Notes under the pieces: model-generated
The model's database searches: none
The model's input: only the letters and a program-made list of their open reading frames with translations
Told to the model about the DNA's origin: nothing
Made by a program: the position numbers and the translations under genes
Source: Cystobasidiomycetes sp. EMM_F5
Lineage: Eukaryota
Reading direction: 5' to 3'
DNA length: 64,000 bases
NCBI GenBank assembly: GCA_051047955.1
Contig: JBPGPT010000002.1
Span: 806,001-870,000 of the forward strand
Shown here: piece after piece, positions 1 to 13,238 of the stretch
Layout of the letters: each line of letters opens with the position of its first letter
Numbering within the stretch: position 1 is the first letter of the stretch

Positions 1-2026
1 TTACGGGAAAGCCCTGTACACGGCATACACTCCGCCGTTTTGAGCAATCGTAAAGCACATGAAAATGATACTGTTTTGTCGCATCACATCAGATAATGGA
101 AGGTTTCACCGAGATGAGTACTCACTGGTTTTCCTGAACTCCGTGATCGAGCAACACGCGTATAGCCATAATGCAGGCTGCTGCCGTCCCAACCTGGGAA
201 TCGGACAGCAGTACGAACGTCTCGGCGGCCGACGCACGCTGCTTCAGGCATGAAGGTAACTTCGTGTGATACAGTAAAGGTTCACCAGACTCGTCGTCTT
301 GCTGAATCAAAAGAGAACCAAGCAAGACATCCTGCACCACTTTACGTAGTCCTCGTTCGAAGCATTGACCTGAGCGTAGTACGGCAACGCCTGCCAGCTA
401 ATCGAGATGCAAACCATAAGGTGTAAGGCTGCGGTCTCGTCGGGAGAATGGCATCGACTTACAGGAACACTTAGACGATGACCAAGATGATGATACCCTT
501 GACGAGTCGTGACTTGGTACTCTTCGTATGGAAGCATTTCCAGCGCCCTCTCTATAATGAGAGTGGATAACCTGTTCGAAAAATGGATGAAATCTTCGGC
601 ACTGCAATCTTTGTCACGTATGGTTGTTTGGATACCCTACAATGTTGATCAGCTTATGAAGTGTCACATTAGGTTGAGCACACTCACAACCAGCTGGCGA
701 GTCTGGGACAACAATGTCACGGAAGGCGGGAGCCTGTCAGAACCGTTCATCGCATTTAGGATGCCCGGTGTCTGAACAAAAGCTTGCCGGTGGCTCAGGG
801 AGCGCTCTGCGAGCTGACGCCGCATATGTGTGACGATTAGATCGATTGCTACGACATTGGACAGTCCTGGGACAATCTGTAATCGTGACTCAGAAGAATG
901 CAGCGACTGTCAGCGAATTAGACTTACGACATCCGCATGTCTGGATGTAGGTTGTATTATTGCATCGAAACCTACGTCCCGTCACGAAGCATACTTGTTC
1001 AGGCGAGAACGTGAAGCCTTTAGGCTATGGCTCACTCGGTTTAACGACTACAGATCATTGCCCGTCAGACAAGAACTTCAATCCAGCCGGCAGATGTTCC
1101 ACTCACATTTAAGATATTGATCAATTATACCTTGTACATCTCTTCCGCGCTCTACTGTGTCTCGCCGAATTCTCCGCGCTAGCATCAGGTCAGAATCGCA
1201 TTGCACTACACGAAATATGTCAGATAACTTGCGTTCAAACGCGTTAGAATACAGGTATACCGAATATCTTCATGTCCATCAGGTTCCGTAAGTCTGGGTC
1301 GGACAGTACGAACAACCCTTCCAAGATGACCACCGACGCTCCATACAGGTATTGAGTGTCGGCAGTGCGCTGGTGCTCCACAAATGAGTAGACCGGTATC
1401 TCGACAGACCTGTTGGCTTTCAGATTAGCTACGCAGTCTCGTAGCGTCTCCCAGTCAAAAGCTGCGGGGCAGTCGAAATCGTATTCATTGTCAAAAGCCT
1501 GCCGGAGCGAAATGAGCGATCTCCTAAGTCCATGTATATGTGTATATGCAACTCACCAGCTTCCTTTGCACTTGCGATAGCGATTTGTAGAAACTATCTT
1601 GAGAGACTACGAGCACAGACGGTGCATTCAAGGCCCTCAGGATCTCTCTGTCATGCCATTGCATGGGAAGCGTTAGCGGATTTGACGAGCACTAAGAGGC
1701 GTAAGAGATCGCACTGTGCGACCCTTGTCTTGATGTGTCGATGCCGTCAACAGAAGCCAGCGCATAAGAGACATTCAGAGCGGATGTCCGATAAGCGATG
1801 GCTGACCTTGCCAGAAGCACTTCCGCCAGCAATTCCAATCACGTACGCTCCGAGAGGCTTCCCAGCTGCAGTATACCATGGTGCGCGACTGTGCATACTT
1901 CTATCAGCACAATTCCAGCTGGACGCATTTCTTCGATACCCACCCGGGCTGCGCGAGCTCGCGAGTCTTGTACTGCGTAGTCCTAGATCTAACACCTTGT
2001 TCATCGACCAGCGGGTGATGTAGCAT
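1..2026 (-). CDS. URK1: Uridine-cytidine kinase with C-terminal UPRTase-like domain (URK1/UCKL1 type), multi-exon, 3' end runs off the window
   Basis: Spliced PG|RAPWY, Walker A 'VIGIAGGSASGK', and UPRT-like segments 'GSLLIQQDDESGEPLLYHTKLP' and 'SDSQVGTAAACIMAIRVLLDHGVQE'. The ATG at 2026 is inferred from the splice frame. Confidence 0.9.
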
Positions 2027-2224
2027 CGCTGGTGACAGACCGAGCGAGCCCTACAGTAAAGCTGACAGGTCGTGTTCGAAAAGTCAGGTCGGTATAAGTA
2101 TGCCGGTTGTTTCGTGTTGCAATGGTGCGGTGCTTAGGTGAGGCCCATTCTACACTACCGTATACAACAAGAGTACTTGCATTCTTCCTGTATTCCCGCC
2201 TCTATTCTCCATACGCATCGTCCG

Positions 2225-3840
2225 TTATGACCTGTAATCTCCGTTGATAGTGACTGCAAGGTTCACGGTGGAAACATTTAGTATTCGTGTGATGGGTCGC
2301 GCGGACAGGTCACCTACTATACTCTTTGCTGAAGTCGCAAGTGTAGCTGTTTTTGCATTATCGTAAGCGATGTACTCGCACGGATCAGGTATATGCGGCC
2401 TACTAAGCAGCTGATTCCGAACCCGCTTGCAGGTCAACCTGTATCTCGATGTCTTCCAGACTAAGAACTTTCTTCGCTCGCACCTCATCGACTTGTTGCG
2501 GTTCACCGTTGACCAATGTGCGCAAGACCTCGGTGCCGTCGGATGGCACAAAGCTCACGCTGACTTTTGTAGGGTCTACTGTGAAGCTGGCAGGAGTCGA
2601 ATAGCCTACAGCGCACAGTATCCTACCCCAATTAGCGTCGGCACCGTGAATTGCAGTCTTGACTAAAGGTGAACGAGCAATCACGGAAGCGATGTGATGC
2701 GCATCTTCGTATGTCGGCGAGCCCTAATTCAAATTTTAGTGTCCGATCGCGTGCGAGTTCCGTGATGTTCATTCTTACATTGACTGTAATTTTGACAAAT
2801 TTGGTTGCGCCCTCTCCATCTCGCACTACGAGACTTGCCAGTTCCGTAGCGAAGTCTGTCAATTCGTCTCGGAAAGAGAAGAAAGCGTCTGACTCCTCTG
2901 ACTGTATCATGCCTGCGCCGCTTGCACCGTTAGCAAGAGCAAGGACAGTATCGTTTGTGCTCATGTCTCCGTCAACGGAAATCGAGTTGAAGCTTCTGTC
3001 TATTGCATAAGTAAGGGCAGACTGCAAGGGGCCAGGCGCTATTGCAGCGTCCGTCGCAATGAGACCCAACAAAGTCGCGTGCGGCGGTCCCATCCGGGGA
3101 TGAATCATGCCTGCGCCTTTGTCTATCCCGGCCAACCTGACTTCTTGACCGGCGATCTTGAAAGACCGCGTCCTCAATTTCGGAAAGGTGTCGGTCGTCA
3201 TGAATGCTTTCGATACGCTAGACCAGGCAGTATAGTCGTCGCGCAAATTTGGGTAGAGGTCAGATACGCCAGCCAATATTTTGTCAATGGGAAGAAGTTG
3301 CCCAATGACACCGGTCGAAAGGACCAGAGTGCCATCGCTTGAATTTGACAACGTGTCGACCTTATGAGACATTGACCAGGCGTCCTGAAGGCCTTTTCGG
3401 CCAGTGACGGCATTGGCGCAACCCGAATTGACGACTATACTCCGAGCTCGACCGTGGTTTTTCTGCAGTATCTCCCTAGAAACCTGCACCGGAGCGGCTT
3501 GGAAGACGTTTTTGGTGAAGCATGCTGCGGCACTGGCTGGCTGTTCGGTCGTCGACGTGACCACAGCCAAGTCAAGCGCGCCCTTTACTTTTTTGATGCC
3601 GCAATGAGTAGCCTGCGATATCAATACACGCAGTCAGCTAGCACGAGCCAGGCCTCAAAGTCGGAATGCTGCATCCGCTTCCGCATTGTGCCCACTGACT
3701 GCCGCCTTGAAGCCTTTTGGAAATTGCGATGACTCTTTGGACAGCACAAATCGCGACTTGTCTGGAGCGCAACATCTTGCACTCGTGTGGATGAAGCGCA
3801 GCTCCGCGAGAAATTTAGGGAAATGGTTTTGCAGTCGCAT
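2225..3840 (-). CDS. ARG7: Ornithine acetyltransferase / ArgJ family, mitochondrial
   Basis: Motifs '[12 protein letters not shown]', '[10 protein letters not shown]', '[10 protein letters not shown]', 'KGAGMIHP...ATLLG' (autocleavage Thr), '[13 protein letters not shown]', '[10 protein letters not shown]', '[12 protein letters not shown]', and spliced end '[17 protein letters not shown]'. The N-terminus resembles a presequence. Confidence 0.95.
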
Positions 3841-4309
3841 CTTTGCCGTTGTCAGCTCATTGGCCGAAATACAAACCAGCAATACATGACAGATATCCCA
3901 AGCTTCTGCAAACTAAGCATTCTTGACATACTATAGACAACAACCTGACTACCTATGCTCGTTTATTAGTGTCTTTGTTACATGTGTATTCTCCCAAGCT
4001 GCACACTGCACGGATGTTGGGCTACTTGACGAATGCTGCACCGCCGGAAACCGATAACCACGGCGTGTATAAATGGAGGAGGGTGGCTGTGCGCGGGTCG
4101 TAAGAAGAGTCACATTGTTCGGACTGCTGGCGCAGAGCCCTCCATTATCCTGGCAAGAATGTCGGAATGCTGCTCATAGGCTTGAGTTCGTGTGGACGAT
4201 GCGACAAGAGGAGGAGAGCCAGCTTCCAACGTTTGGACGTCGCGCTGGTGCTTAGGGTCGTCACATCTTGATAAGAGTAGAGATGCATGCATCATGGACC
4301 GACAGAATG

Positions 4310-7300
4310 TCAAGCTGCTTTCCGCTCTCCTTCGAAACTTTGACGCAACGCTGTCGGCGGTAGCCAACCGCCTTGCTCCCATCGTCCCATCTGATACTGC
4401 TTGTGTATCCGCACGTCTGGATCATCTACGCCTCTCATCAGATCTTGCAGTCGCGCGAAGTCGACCGGCTTGAGAATGAAGCCTGAAAAGCCACATTCGT
4501 CCAGCTGTGGCTTCTGGTCTTGATGCAGAGAAGCAGAGACGGCAAATATGGGGACAGCCCTTGCTTGCAACGAGGCACTGTCATCGTTGTCTGCGTCAGA
4601 CGCAAAATCCTGCGCCTCCAGATGACGTATTCTTTGAGTGGCAGTAAAGCCGTCGCAAATAGGCATTCTGAGGGTACAAGTTTGTTAGCTCGAGCTTAAG
4701 AAATGTGGGTATTTCGATAACCTACTGTAAGTCCATCAGAATGATATCAAAGTCCCGATCTTTCTCGTAAAGCCTGACAGCCTCTTCACCATGAACTGTC
4801 GGCTTGACTTTGTGAGAGAAGTCCTTTGTAAGCTTCTTCATGAGTATGGCTCGATTGATAGCATCATCCTGAATTCGAGATATTCAGTACAGTCAACAGA
4901 CAAAGTGTCAAGCGTTATCGTTACCTCAACTATCATGATGCGCATAGGCCGACAGGAAGATGGGGCTGATTCGACGGACGAAGCACTCTCTGGTGCTTTC
5001 GGGGGTAAAATTGTCGTACTCGAGCGCGTTTGCGGTACGGGTCGCTTTGGTACGACGTTGGAGGAGGAAGCTGCGCCTGCCGCGCCCGAAGCGGACCGGA
5101 TATGTGCGTAAGTCGCGCGTCGCGATGCCTGCGGTCGAGCTGATGCACCTGGCCGTGACATGTCTACGGTACTTTCGTCGACCTTGATGGAGCGGAGAGG
5201 TGTGTCAGAGTCTTCAATATTGAGCTGTCCGAGCTTGAGCGACCGCCGCCTAGCTGGAGCAGGCGGTCCGCTGTTGTCCGGATTAGCGGATATAGCATCA
5301 ACAAGAGAATCTATCTCAGACGGCTTGGAGTTCTTCGATCCGCGACCTGAGATTAGACTGCTGCTGCCTTTACTGCCGCCGCTACCGCTCATTGCGACTT
5401 CTTTCCTCTTCTGTGCATCTGACCGTTGAGTGTCTCTGATTTGTTGCAAGTCCGCTTGGGTGAGGCCGGTACGGCCTGAAGACGCTGTCGGTATTGCACG
5501 AATAGCCGTGTTCTCTGTGTTGGAAGTCCGCGAAGTGTCGTCGGATCCGGGAATCCGGAAGAACAGGACGAATGTGAATTTGCTACCTTGCCCGACCTTA
5601 CTTTCCACCCGCAATTGACCTCCTAGGTGCGATACTATCCTGGCGACTACTGCAAGACCTAGGCCGAGCGATCCTGCACCTTTATTCAACTCGTCTTCGG
5701 CAGCTTCATCGACCTGTTCGAAGGTACGGAACATGGTTTCGAGTTGTTCTTCCGGAATACCATCACCAGTATCGGTGATGGCAATGCCGATCTTGATGGT
5801 ATCGAGGGATGACTCTTGTTGGGAGTCATCCACCATTTTCGGTAGTTCGCCCCACTCAACGTTGACAGATCCCTCGTGTGTATGCTTGACCGCGTTTGCA
5901 GTCACGTTGGCAACAATCTGCCGTATCTTTCCGCGGTCGCCGAGGAGAGTCTGGGGTGTTCCAAGCGGATTCTCCACTATCTCAAATCCGATGCCCTTTC
6001 GCAAGGCTTCAAACCTATGGATGGCTACCGCATCGTCAATTGTGGCCCCGAGATCAAGGGGGTCTTGCAAGAATAGCTGTTGGCCAGTCTGCGCTCGAGT
6101 CAGATCCAGAAGGTCATTGACGACATGCACCAAGGAGCGTGATGCCGAATGCGAGCGCACCAGCGACTCGCGCGTGTCGTCGTCGAGCTGACCTTCCAAG
6201 GCCATTTCTAGATAATTGATGATGTGGTTGAGAGGTGTGCGGACTATGCACAATGTTAGCGGACTCAGCAATCGGTAGAAACCTGAACAGTATGATATCG
6301 CAAACGTACCTTCGTGCGCAGCATTGCTCAAAAGTAAGCTAGTCAATTTGGAGCTAGTCAAAGCGGCCTCGCGCTGCCGCCAGACTTCGATGAATTTCCC
6401 ATACACGAGCCGGAGAATTGATGCAGCTTCCAGATTCTCGTCCGTCCAACCACGACATTTTCCTATCACCGTCTCGGACCATATCCGGAAAGACTTCCTT
6501 GGTTCGAGCGAAAGCTTTCCATTCTGAACTTGTCTCATAACTTTGTCGTATGGATTTCCGGCCTTGTATACAGATAATCAGTACTTAATCGGCTGTTGAA
6601 CCGGATCACACTACTTACCCAGTGCACCTGGGATACCTGCCCTCGTCGAAATAGAGCAATGAAATCCTGGCCGGCCCGGGCAAGCGGAATCGCCAACATG
6701 CCCGCAATCTGTTGGAAGCCGGCAGGGTATTCCAGATCCTCATAATCGGAAGAAATGTTGAGCGAACATTGCACGGTGCTACAACGGTGTGTTAGTTAAG
6801 CGCTGGCAAGCGTCAGAAATCGTACAAATACGTACTCGAATTGCTTCATACGCAGATACTCCAAAACCACAAGCACCTCTTGCGAGTTATCGAGGGAACC
6901 AAGGATTTTCGCTTCTTCTCCCACGCTGAGAACACCAAAGTCCGCTTCGAACAACGTGAGCAGATCCTCCGCTTTGGCTACAATGTAGCCTCCGGGATTG
7001 GTACTTGTCGGTATCGTATTGATCAGTTTGCGGGACTGGAGACGCTGCGCATACGACAGGCGCTCAATATTCCGCGAAATGTTGTCGCTCAGGATGCGAC
7101 ACAGGTGACGGCCAGGAAATGACACGCGCTGCCCGTATCGTCCGTAAGTATGGCAGGAGATGAGGCCCCATAGTTGGCCAAATGCCATGATGGATATTGA
7201 CATGGAAGCTCGCTGTTCAATACATTAGCTTTGCACACGAGCAGACTTCCCGCAGTGTAGACTCACTACACCCATGTTGGCAAGGTATTTGATGTGAATA

Positions 7301-10198
7301 GGGCTCATGGCGCGGAGATGGGCATGTGTGAGGTTCAGAGGATTTTTCAGCTCTTCCAAACTTCTGCATACTAGGCGAGCAGTAGGTTGATCGCGATCGT
7401 ATAATAAGCGGACTTTGTTAATCTTGTACAATTCGCGAGCTTGCGCTGGTATATCGGATGCCGGAAAGTGTAGGCCGCGGTACAGATCGCGCGTTTGCTT
7501 GTAATCGACAAGTTCCGCGACGACCTGTCCATTCCACTCTTCATCAAACTGCAAGACCGAAGCCAAGTCAGCTGTAGGCCGAAACATCATGTGCACGACA
7601 TGACGCTCACCTGGTATACCATGACGCGGTGGAAGCCAGTGATTTCGGATACCACACCCACCGCGATTTCCAGACTCGTTTGCAAATCTTCCGTTTTGGA
7701 TAGCTCGTCGTTTACTTGAGCGAGGATACCAAACAATTTCATCGTATCAGAGTGGCCTTTATTGGATCGACGTAGCCTTCGGAGAGCCTTGACAGATTGG
7801 ACACGCGAGCGAGTGGAGGCGTCTATTTCTTCTTGCGTAGCTGCTGACCCCAATCCTCCCTCGCTGTCGGTTTCGTAAGTGCTGTCGTCTCGATGACTGT
7901 CTCCTTGGTTGTTGTCATTCTCCCCGCCGTGTCCAATCGTTCCAGGTAAACTGCTGTATTTCGAATCCGCTCGCGGCACTTCGCCGTCTGCACGACCCGC
8001 TGCGCCCGTGCCCGTGTCGTCGTCATGGAATAGAGACTTGCTCTGCTCCCTTGCGCGATCTTCCTCAATTTCGTTTGCCGTCCTAACCCGCGAGATTGGG
8101 TTATCAACATCATTTTCCAGCTCGAATTCAACAATGGCAAGCTTAGGACGATTTTGGGGATCGGGCCGATGTATGGCACACCAGCATGACCACTGTATCG
8201 GCTCGCTGACCTCGTCATCGATACCAGGAATAGCAACGCCTTTGCCAGACAGCTGAAAGTGATTTGTAGCCGAAGGAGCTGTTGCATTCGCGCCTGCGTC
8301 TTCTTGGACATTGTCGTCGGTCTCATCGAGGATTTCAATCGTTTCTTGGAATATGTCAGCATTGTCTTCATCGAGAACGTCTGTAAAGCATTTCAAGCCA
8401 AATAACAGCTTGGGAGAGAGCCCAAGCCTGACACCAGAGTTCTGTAGCGCGACGATTCAGTGAGGAAGCCTCAAACCTGGGCCGATAGCCTTACCTCGGA
8501 TACCTGAACGACTTGGTAGTTGCCTTGCTCATCTTCTTCGATTGCCATGAGCACTCCAAAGTCCTGAATCGCACCCGGCACATGTATCGGTTCGTCTTCG
8601 CATGTATAAAATCCGCCTTTGCGGCCCGTCAAAATCATATGACCATCAGGGGTTTCTTGATGTTCAAAGCGGACATTGAGGTAAAGTCCGTCTTCACGAG
8701 TGCCGATTGAGCCCAATGCACCTGAATCTACAGTCGGTCCTGCTTCTGTCTCTCCCCTTGCAAAAGCCTTCCCGGCACGTACAGTCGGGTCGTTTGGGTC
8801 GTTGAGCTTGCCCTGAGAATCAAGCCGTTGCAAAGGCGTTCGCGAGTCTGCAGAGTTGGGCTTTTCGCGCGATGAGACGGACCGCGTCGTTACAGTACGC
8901 GTCGAGCTTGGTTTTGTAGACGACATTCTTCGAGCTGTCGGATCGGAATCATCGGACCTTCCGCTTGTAGTAGGATAGGAGGAGCGTGTGGCCGTTGTGG
9001 GATTGCTAGCCGTATTGGAATCATGTCGCCGGAGGAATGGCTGGTTGGCCAATCCTGTGCTGGGGAGAAACGTAATGCCAGGCTCTTCGTCCCGAACAAG
9101 TTCATCACCTTCTGTACTGGCCATACGATTCATCAGTGTAGTCGACTTTTCGTTCGTACTCCGATCGTCGTGTGGAAGAGTCGAGGTAGTGCGGGCATAG
9201 GTAGCTGCCGTGCTGTGCGATGGATCGTATTCAGGACTCGATGTGGGCGGTCTTTGCGTATTACTTGATGAAGCTGACGGTGTATTATTGAGCGGTTGCT
9301 TTCTCTGTACCGGTGGAAGCTGAGACCCAGTCGAATTCAAGGACTCGCTGTGAGCGATATTTTCGGCCGAAACTGACGCTCCGGTAGCTGAGCTTGACGG
9401 CATCGGTGTGTTGGTGGATGGGACCGCAGAGCCTACCGGCTGTTGCTGTGGTTTGACTACGCTACGTATGGGAAAGATGCGTTCGCTTCCTCCCATTGTT
9501 GCGCCGATACTCACTCCAGCGGACAGGGTCGTTCTCGTCGAGAGGGCCGGACTCAACAAATGTGAGGTATCTCCGGGTGTTGATGCAGCGACGCTCGTAC
9601 TACGTTTGCGATTGGCGTTTGCAGTCGTGGTGCTTTCTGGATTTCCCCGTTGTGCAGCAACGTATGGACTGCTGACCCCACCGGCGCCAGCATGCGGACT
9701 GGGCAACACGTCCGCTGAGTTGCCAGATCCAGACAGTCTCCCTTTGCCTGCGCTCGCAGCGTTGCTTCCACCACTCCCAAAGTAAGACCCATCGTCGGCC
9801 TGCTCGCTGAGCTGTCGCGCTCTCGGGGAGCCCACTCTAGCCAACGGTGAGCTCAAGGAGTGCATACCTTGGCGTGCAGCAAATCTCTGGTCTCCGTGCT
9901 TTTCATGTTGGGTCTGTGTCGCCCGCGATGTGGAAGGGAACCCTCCCCCATCGACGTATGGGTGTCTCAGCCGGAAATCATGCAGTATTTCCTCGTTGAC
10001 CGCCCTGGCCTGCCGAGGTCTTGACGGGTCAAAAGCTTCATCATCATCATCATCATCGTCGTCGTCTGGCGTCCCGCTGTCGTCTGCCGCACCGAGACTG
10101 CCTGAACCCGTCGGCGTCTCTACGGCTGCCGGGGAATCGCTCGAGAAGCTGTCGCCCTCGGTAGCATAGTCGTGCTGGCGGACTGGCTGGCTGGCCAT
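4310..10198 (-). CDS. fphA: Fungal phytochrome (hybrid histidine kinase: long NTE-PAS-GAF-PHY-HisKA-HATPase-REC)
   Basis: Bilin-binding 'CEDEPIHVPGAIQDFG', GAF 'GLHFPASDIPAQARELY' and 'LRAMSPIHIKYLANMGV', PHY tongue 'LEPRKSF', H-box 'AAHE|VRTPLNHII', ATPase 'NAVKHT/DTGDGI/GLGLAVV', receiver 'MPICDGF...FILKPV'. Confidence 0.96.
10038..10066. repeat. (TCA/TCG)n trinucleotide run encoding poly-Asp in the phytochrome N-terminal extension
   Basis: tcatcatcatcatcatcatcgtcgtcgtc; translates to a run of about 9 Asp on the minus strand. Confidence 0.8.
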
Positions 10199-11115
10199 GG
10201 CTTTGACCTTGCACGGCTGCCCTTTGGCGCGTTACGCCCTTTCCCTTTCCTGGCTCTCCCAGCTGGCCAGATACTTTGGCGATGCGAGCTGCTTTCCGTC
10301 TCTCTAGTGGCTGCAAAAGTATTGGCACCCTCGCAGTGGTGGTTGCCTAATCCTCCCTGTGCGCTGCTGCTGGACTCGCAGTCGCTGGCTCAGTCGCCTG
10401 CAGCAGTTTCCCTACGCTCGCAGGCCAGTCTGGCACCAGGGTATTCAGATTCAAGTTGGTACGGCACACACAAATGCCTAGTGGCGATACACAGAGATGA
10501 ATAGCAAAAGTTGGCAGAACAGCAGGCTATGGCATGGTTGGCGTACACCCTCCCACGACAACGACGCAGTGCGGCTATACCTCCATCGGAGAGCTTGAGC
10601 GAGACTTGCATCGTGATGCGATAGGGCAGCATCGGTGTATATATCCCGTTCATGCCGATGTAACCCAACCCTTGAGGCATCATTGGTGTCTCGAAGGTGG
10701 ACATCAGTCGCAAGGGCAGGTCAACTTGCTCCGACTCGTCAGTGAATGCAGTTCTCCGCAAAAGAGGGTCGCATCGATACCTTCTGTGTGAATCGTGGAG
10801 AAGGAGGGACCTCCTGCTCCAGTTATCCAGTCGGACCTTGAAAGGCGCAACTGCGAACACTTGGTATTGTGATCATACCCTTAGCAGCTTGTTTGTCCAG
10901 TCTGAATCTTGCTGGCAGGTCGTCGAAAGGGAATACATCGTCGTCTGAAGATGGCTCGGCGGGTCAGGAGAGTAGTAGACTGCTACAAGAGCGTCAGTAG
11001 TCAGCGAATGTTACATGTCCATGCTGCTCCGTCAGTGTTTGAAAAGGCCCTTTGATGTGCAAAACTGCAGGACGCCGGCCGTCACTTTGTACGTAAATGA
11101 CAACCCGACGAAACC

Positions 11116-12943
11116 ATGCCAGTCAATGAGAGCGAGCTGCCGATACTCGAGAGCTTGGTGTACCTCAGGGTACGCCTGACTGCGCTCAAGAAGGACCGGA
11201 GAGAGTACATTCGGGCCCAGGATGTGCTCGAGCTGTATCGTGAAGTCATCAAGCAGGGTTAGTGGGGACTGGCGATGCTGCTTTGCTTTGAGTATACTTG
11301 CTGATGCCATGTCCGTTACTCGCATTGCTCATGTCCAATAATCCTCGTATTGCGACTGATATAAAACAGTCATCCGCTTGAACCAAGTTCGCGAGCACAA
11401 CGAACGAGCCAAAGCTGAAGATGCCGCACTGGCAGCCCATGCGAGGACTGCCGTAGGAAGGGCTGGAACTCCGAGCGATGGACCAACGTCTCTTCCGTCG
11501 CTTCTCGAATCCGAGTCGCAGTCCGGTAGCAACAACGTCCAGCAGTTTGAAATGAACCGGGTCGATACAACTCTGGCCGACGTATTTCAGCTCTTGTCGC
11601 TCTTCTTCCTCACTATCGGTAAGGTACGGAGCGCCCCTGCTACTTACTGCCAACTAGCCGCAATGCAGAAACTCCTAGATCACATGAAGGAGTCGGGCGT
11701 GTACACCAAAGTCGACTTGCAGCCCTTCAAGTCTAGGCTGGCAGAGCTGAAAGCGACTATAATGGCCGAGGTAGACCTCGTGCAGCCAGGAGAATTGGAT
11801 ATGCCTCATCCGCCAGCTGCACCCGGAACGGTTGCAGCATCGATTCTGAATGAAGATCCAGAAGCGCATGCCGCCCTTACGAAATTGCTACTCCGCAAAC
11901 ACGACAAGTGCGAAAGTAGGCTCGTCGAACTTCTCTCTTCCCTCCAGACGATATCTGTAGACCTCGTGCCATTGCATCAACGCCTAGTGACACTGCGACG
12001 GCAGCTCATAGCAATCGGCTCGAAAGGCTTAAAGGTCAACAAGACCGAGTTGGACACTGTCGCCGATGAGCTTCGCAAGATTGAGCAATCACGACGAGAT
12101 GGCAAATTCGTGGTAGATGGTGAAATTCCTACACAAGGTCAAGCGATCCTGTCCGGATTACTGGAGGAGACGTTCGATATACTACAAGAGATTCATTCCA
12201 GAGAGGAAGAGGTCGCGCCTCAACTCAAACCCATATTTGAGAGATTGACCGATATGAGGGCACAGCTCGAGAAGCTTACGCTGACGCACAGATGGACACT
12301 CCGTGAGACCGATCTCTACAATTTTCAAGTGTCGCTACAAGAAATTGATCGGCTACGCGTCGACGGCAAGTTTGTGGATGCGGAAGGCAACAAGCCGCAT
12401 GGGCAAAGGGTGCGTTTCACCTTCACATTACACCGAGCTTATATTTGGCTGAGTCTGGGCTGTTTATTCTAGGTCTTGCTGTACAATCTACGACGGTGTT
12501 ATGGTCTCATATACAGGCTGATGCAATGTGCGGAGCCAATCTCGGAAGGTGGGTAGTTGCTCCTATTCACAGTCCTTGCGTGTCGCCTGATGCATATATT
12601 CGATTTCAACGTCCACCTACAGAATTGCAGCCGGTGGCGAATAAGCTATCAACCATCATGCGATGTCTAAATGAGGTCCTCAAATTCGGATCTGTCGGCT
12701 TCACAGATCGTGACTTGTATCCATATCAACTGGCGTTAGCGCAAATCGAAAACATGCGGGTGGACGGCAAATTTGTTGGGCGAGATGGCAGTCTGCCAGA
12801 GGGACAGGCTGTTCTGAATGCCAATCTAGGGGAGAGTTATGAGATGATTCAGGTGCGTCATGGATATTCTATTGGTGTGTTTCTGCTTTGTTGACCTGCC
12901 ACATCCTGCTCAGATGTTGAAGGAGGAGATGGAGCAGGATTAG
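11116..12943 (+). CDS. CUB1: DUF2408 / Cub1 (YPL260W)-like protein
   Basis: First exon 'MPVNESELPILESLVYLRVRLTALKKDRREYIR', then 'LLSLFFLTIGK...PATYCQL', 'HRWTLRETDLYNFQ' and three repeated 'R.DGKFV' modules. The last exon is MLKEEMEQD*. Confidence 0.82.
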
Positions 12944-13238
12944 CGCACACTATCGTACGTCTCCATATTTCTCAGCGGGCTGCTTCTTTAGCAATGAAGA
13001 CATATGTAGCTCTGATGACATCAGACGCTTGTTGTAAAAGCAGCATTGTAGAAGTCCACTCCGTAAGTATTACGCCTTGCTTTCAGGCGTTATTCCACTC
13101 TTTCTCTAATAGCCGTAGTGACTAATCTATGCACGCCTTCATTGAGGATTGGGGTATTGCACGAGGTTGCTCTATGGCCCTGCCCGCAGCGCGCTATCGG
13201 CGGTAGACACATCATTGCCGAATGTCTAGCAAACATCA

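Noticed and set aside
4107..4112. GAGTCA (TGACTC, Gcn4/CpcA site) about 270 bp upstream of ARG7
   Set aside because: A single hexamer is easily expected by chance in a spacer of about 470 bp.
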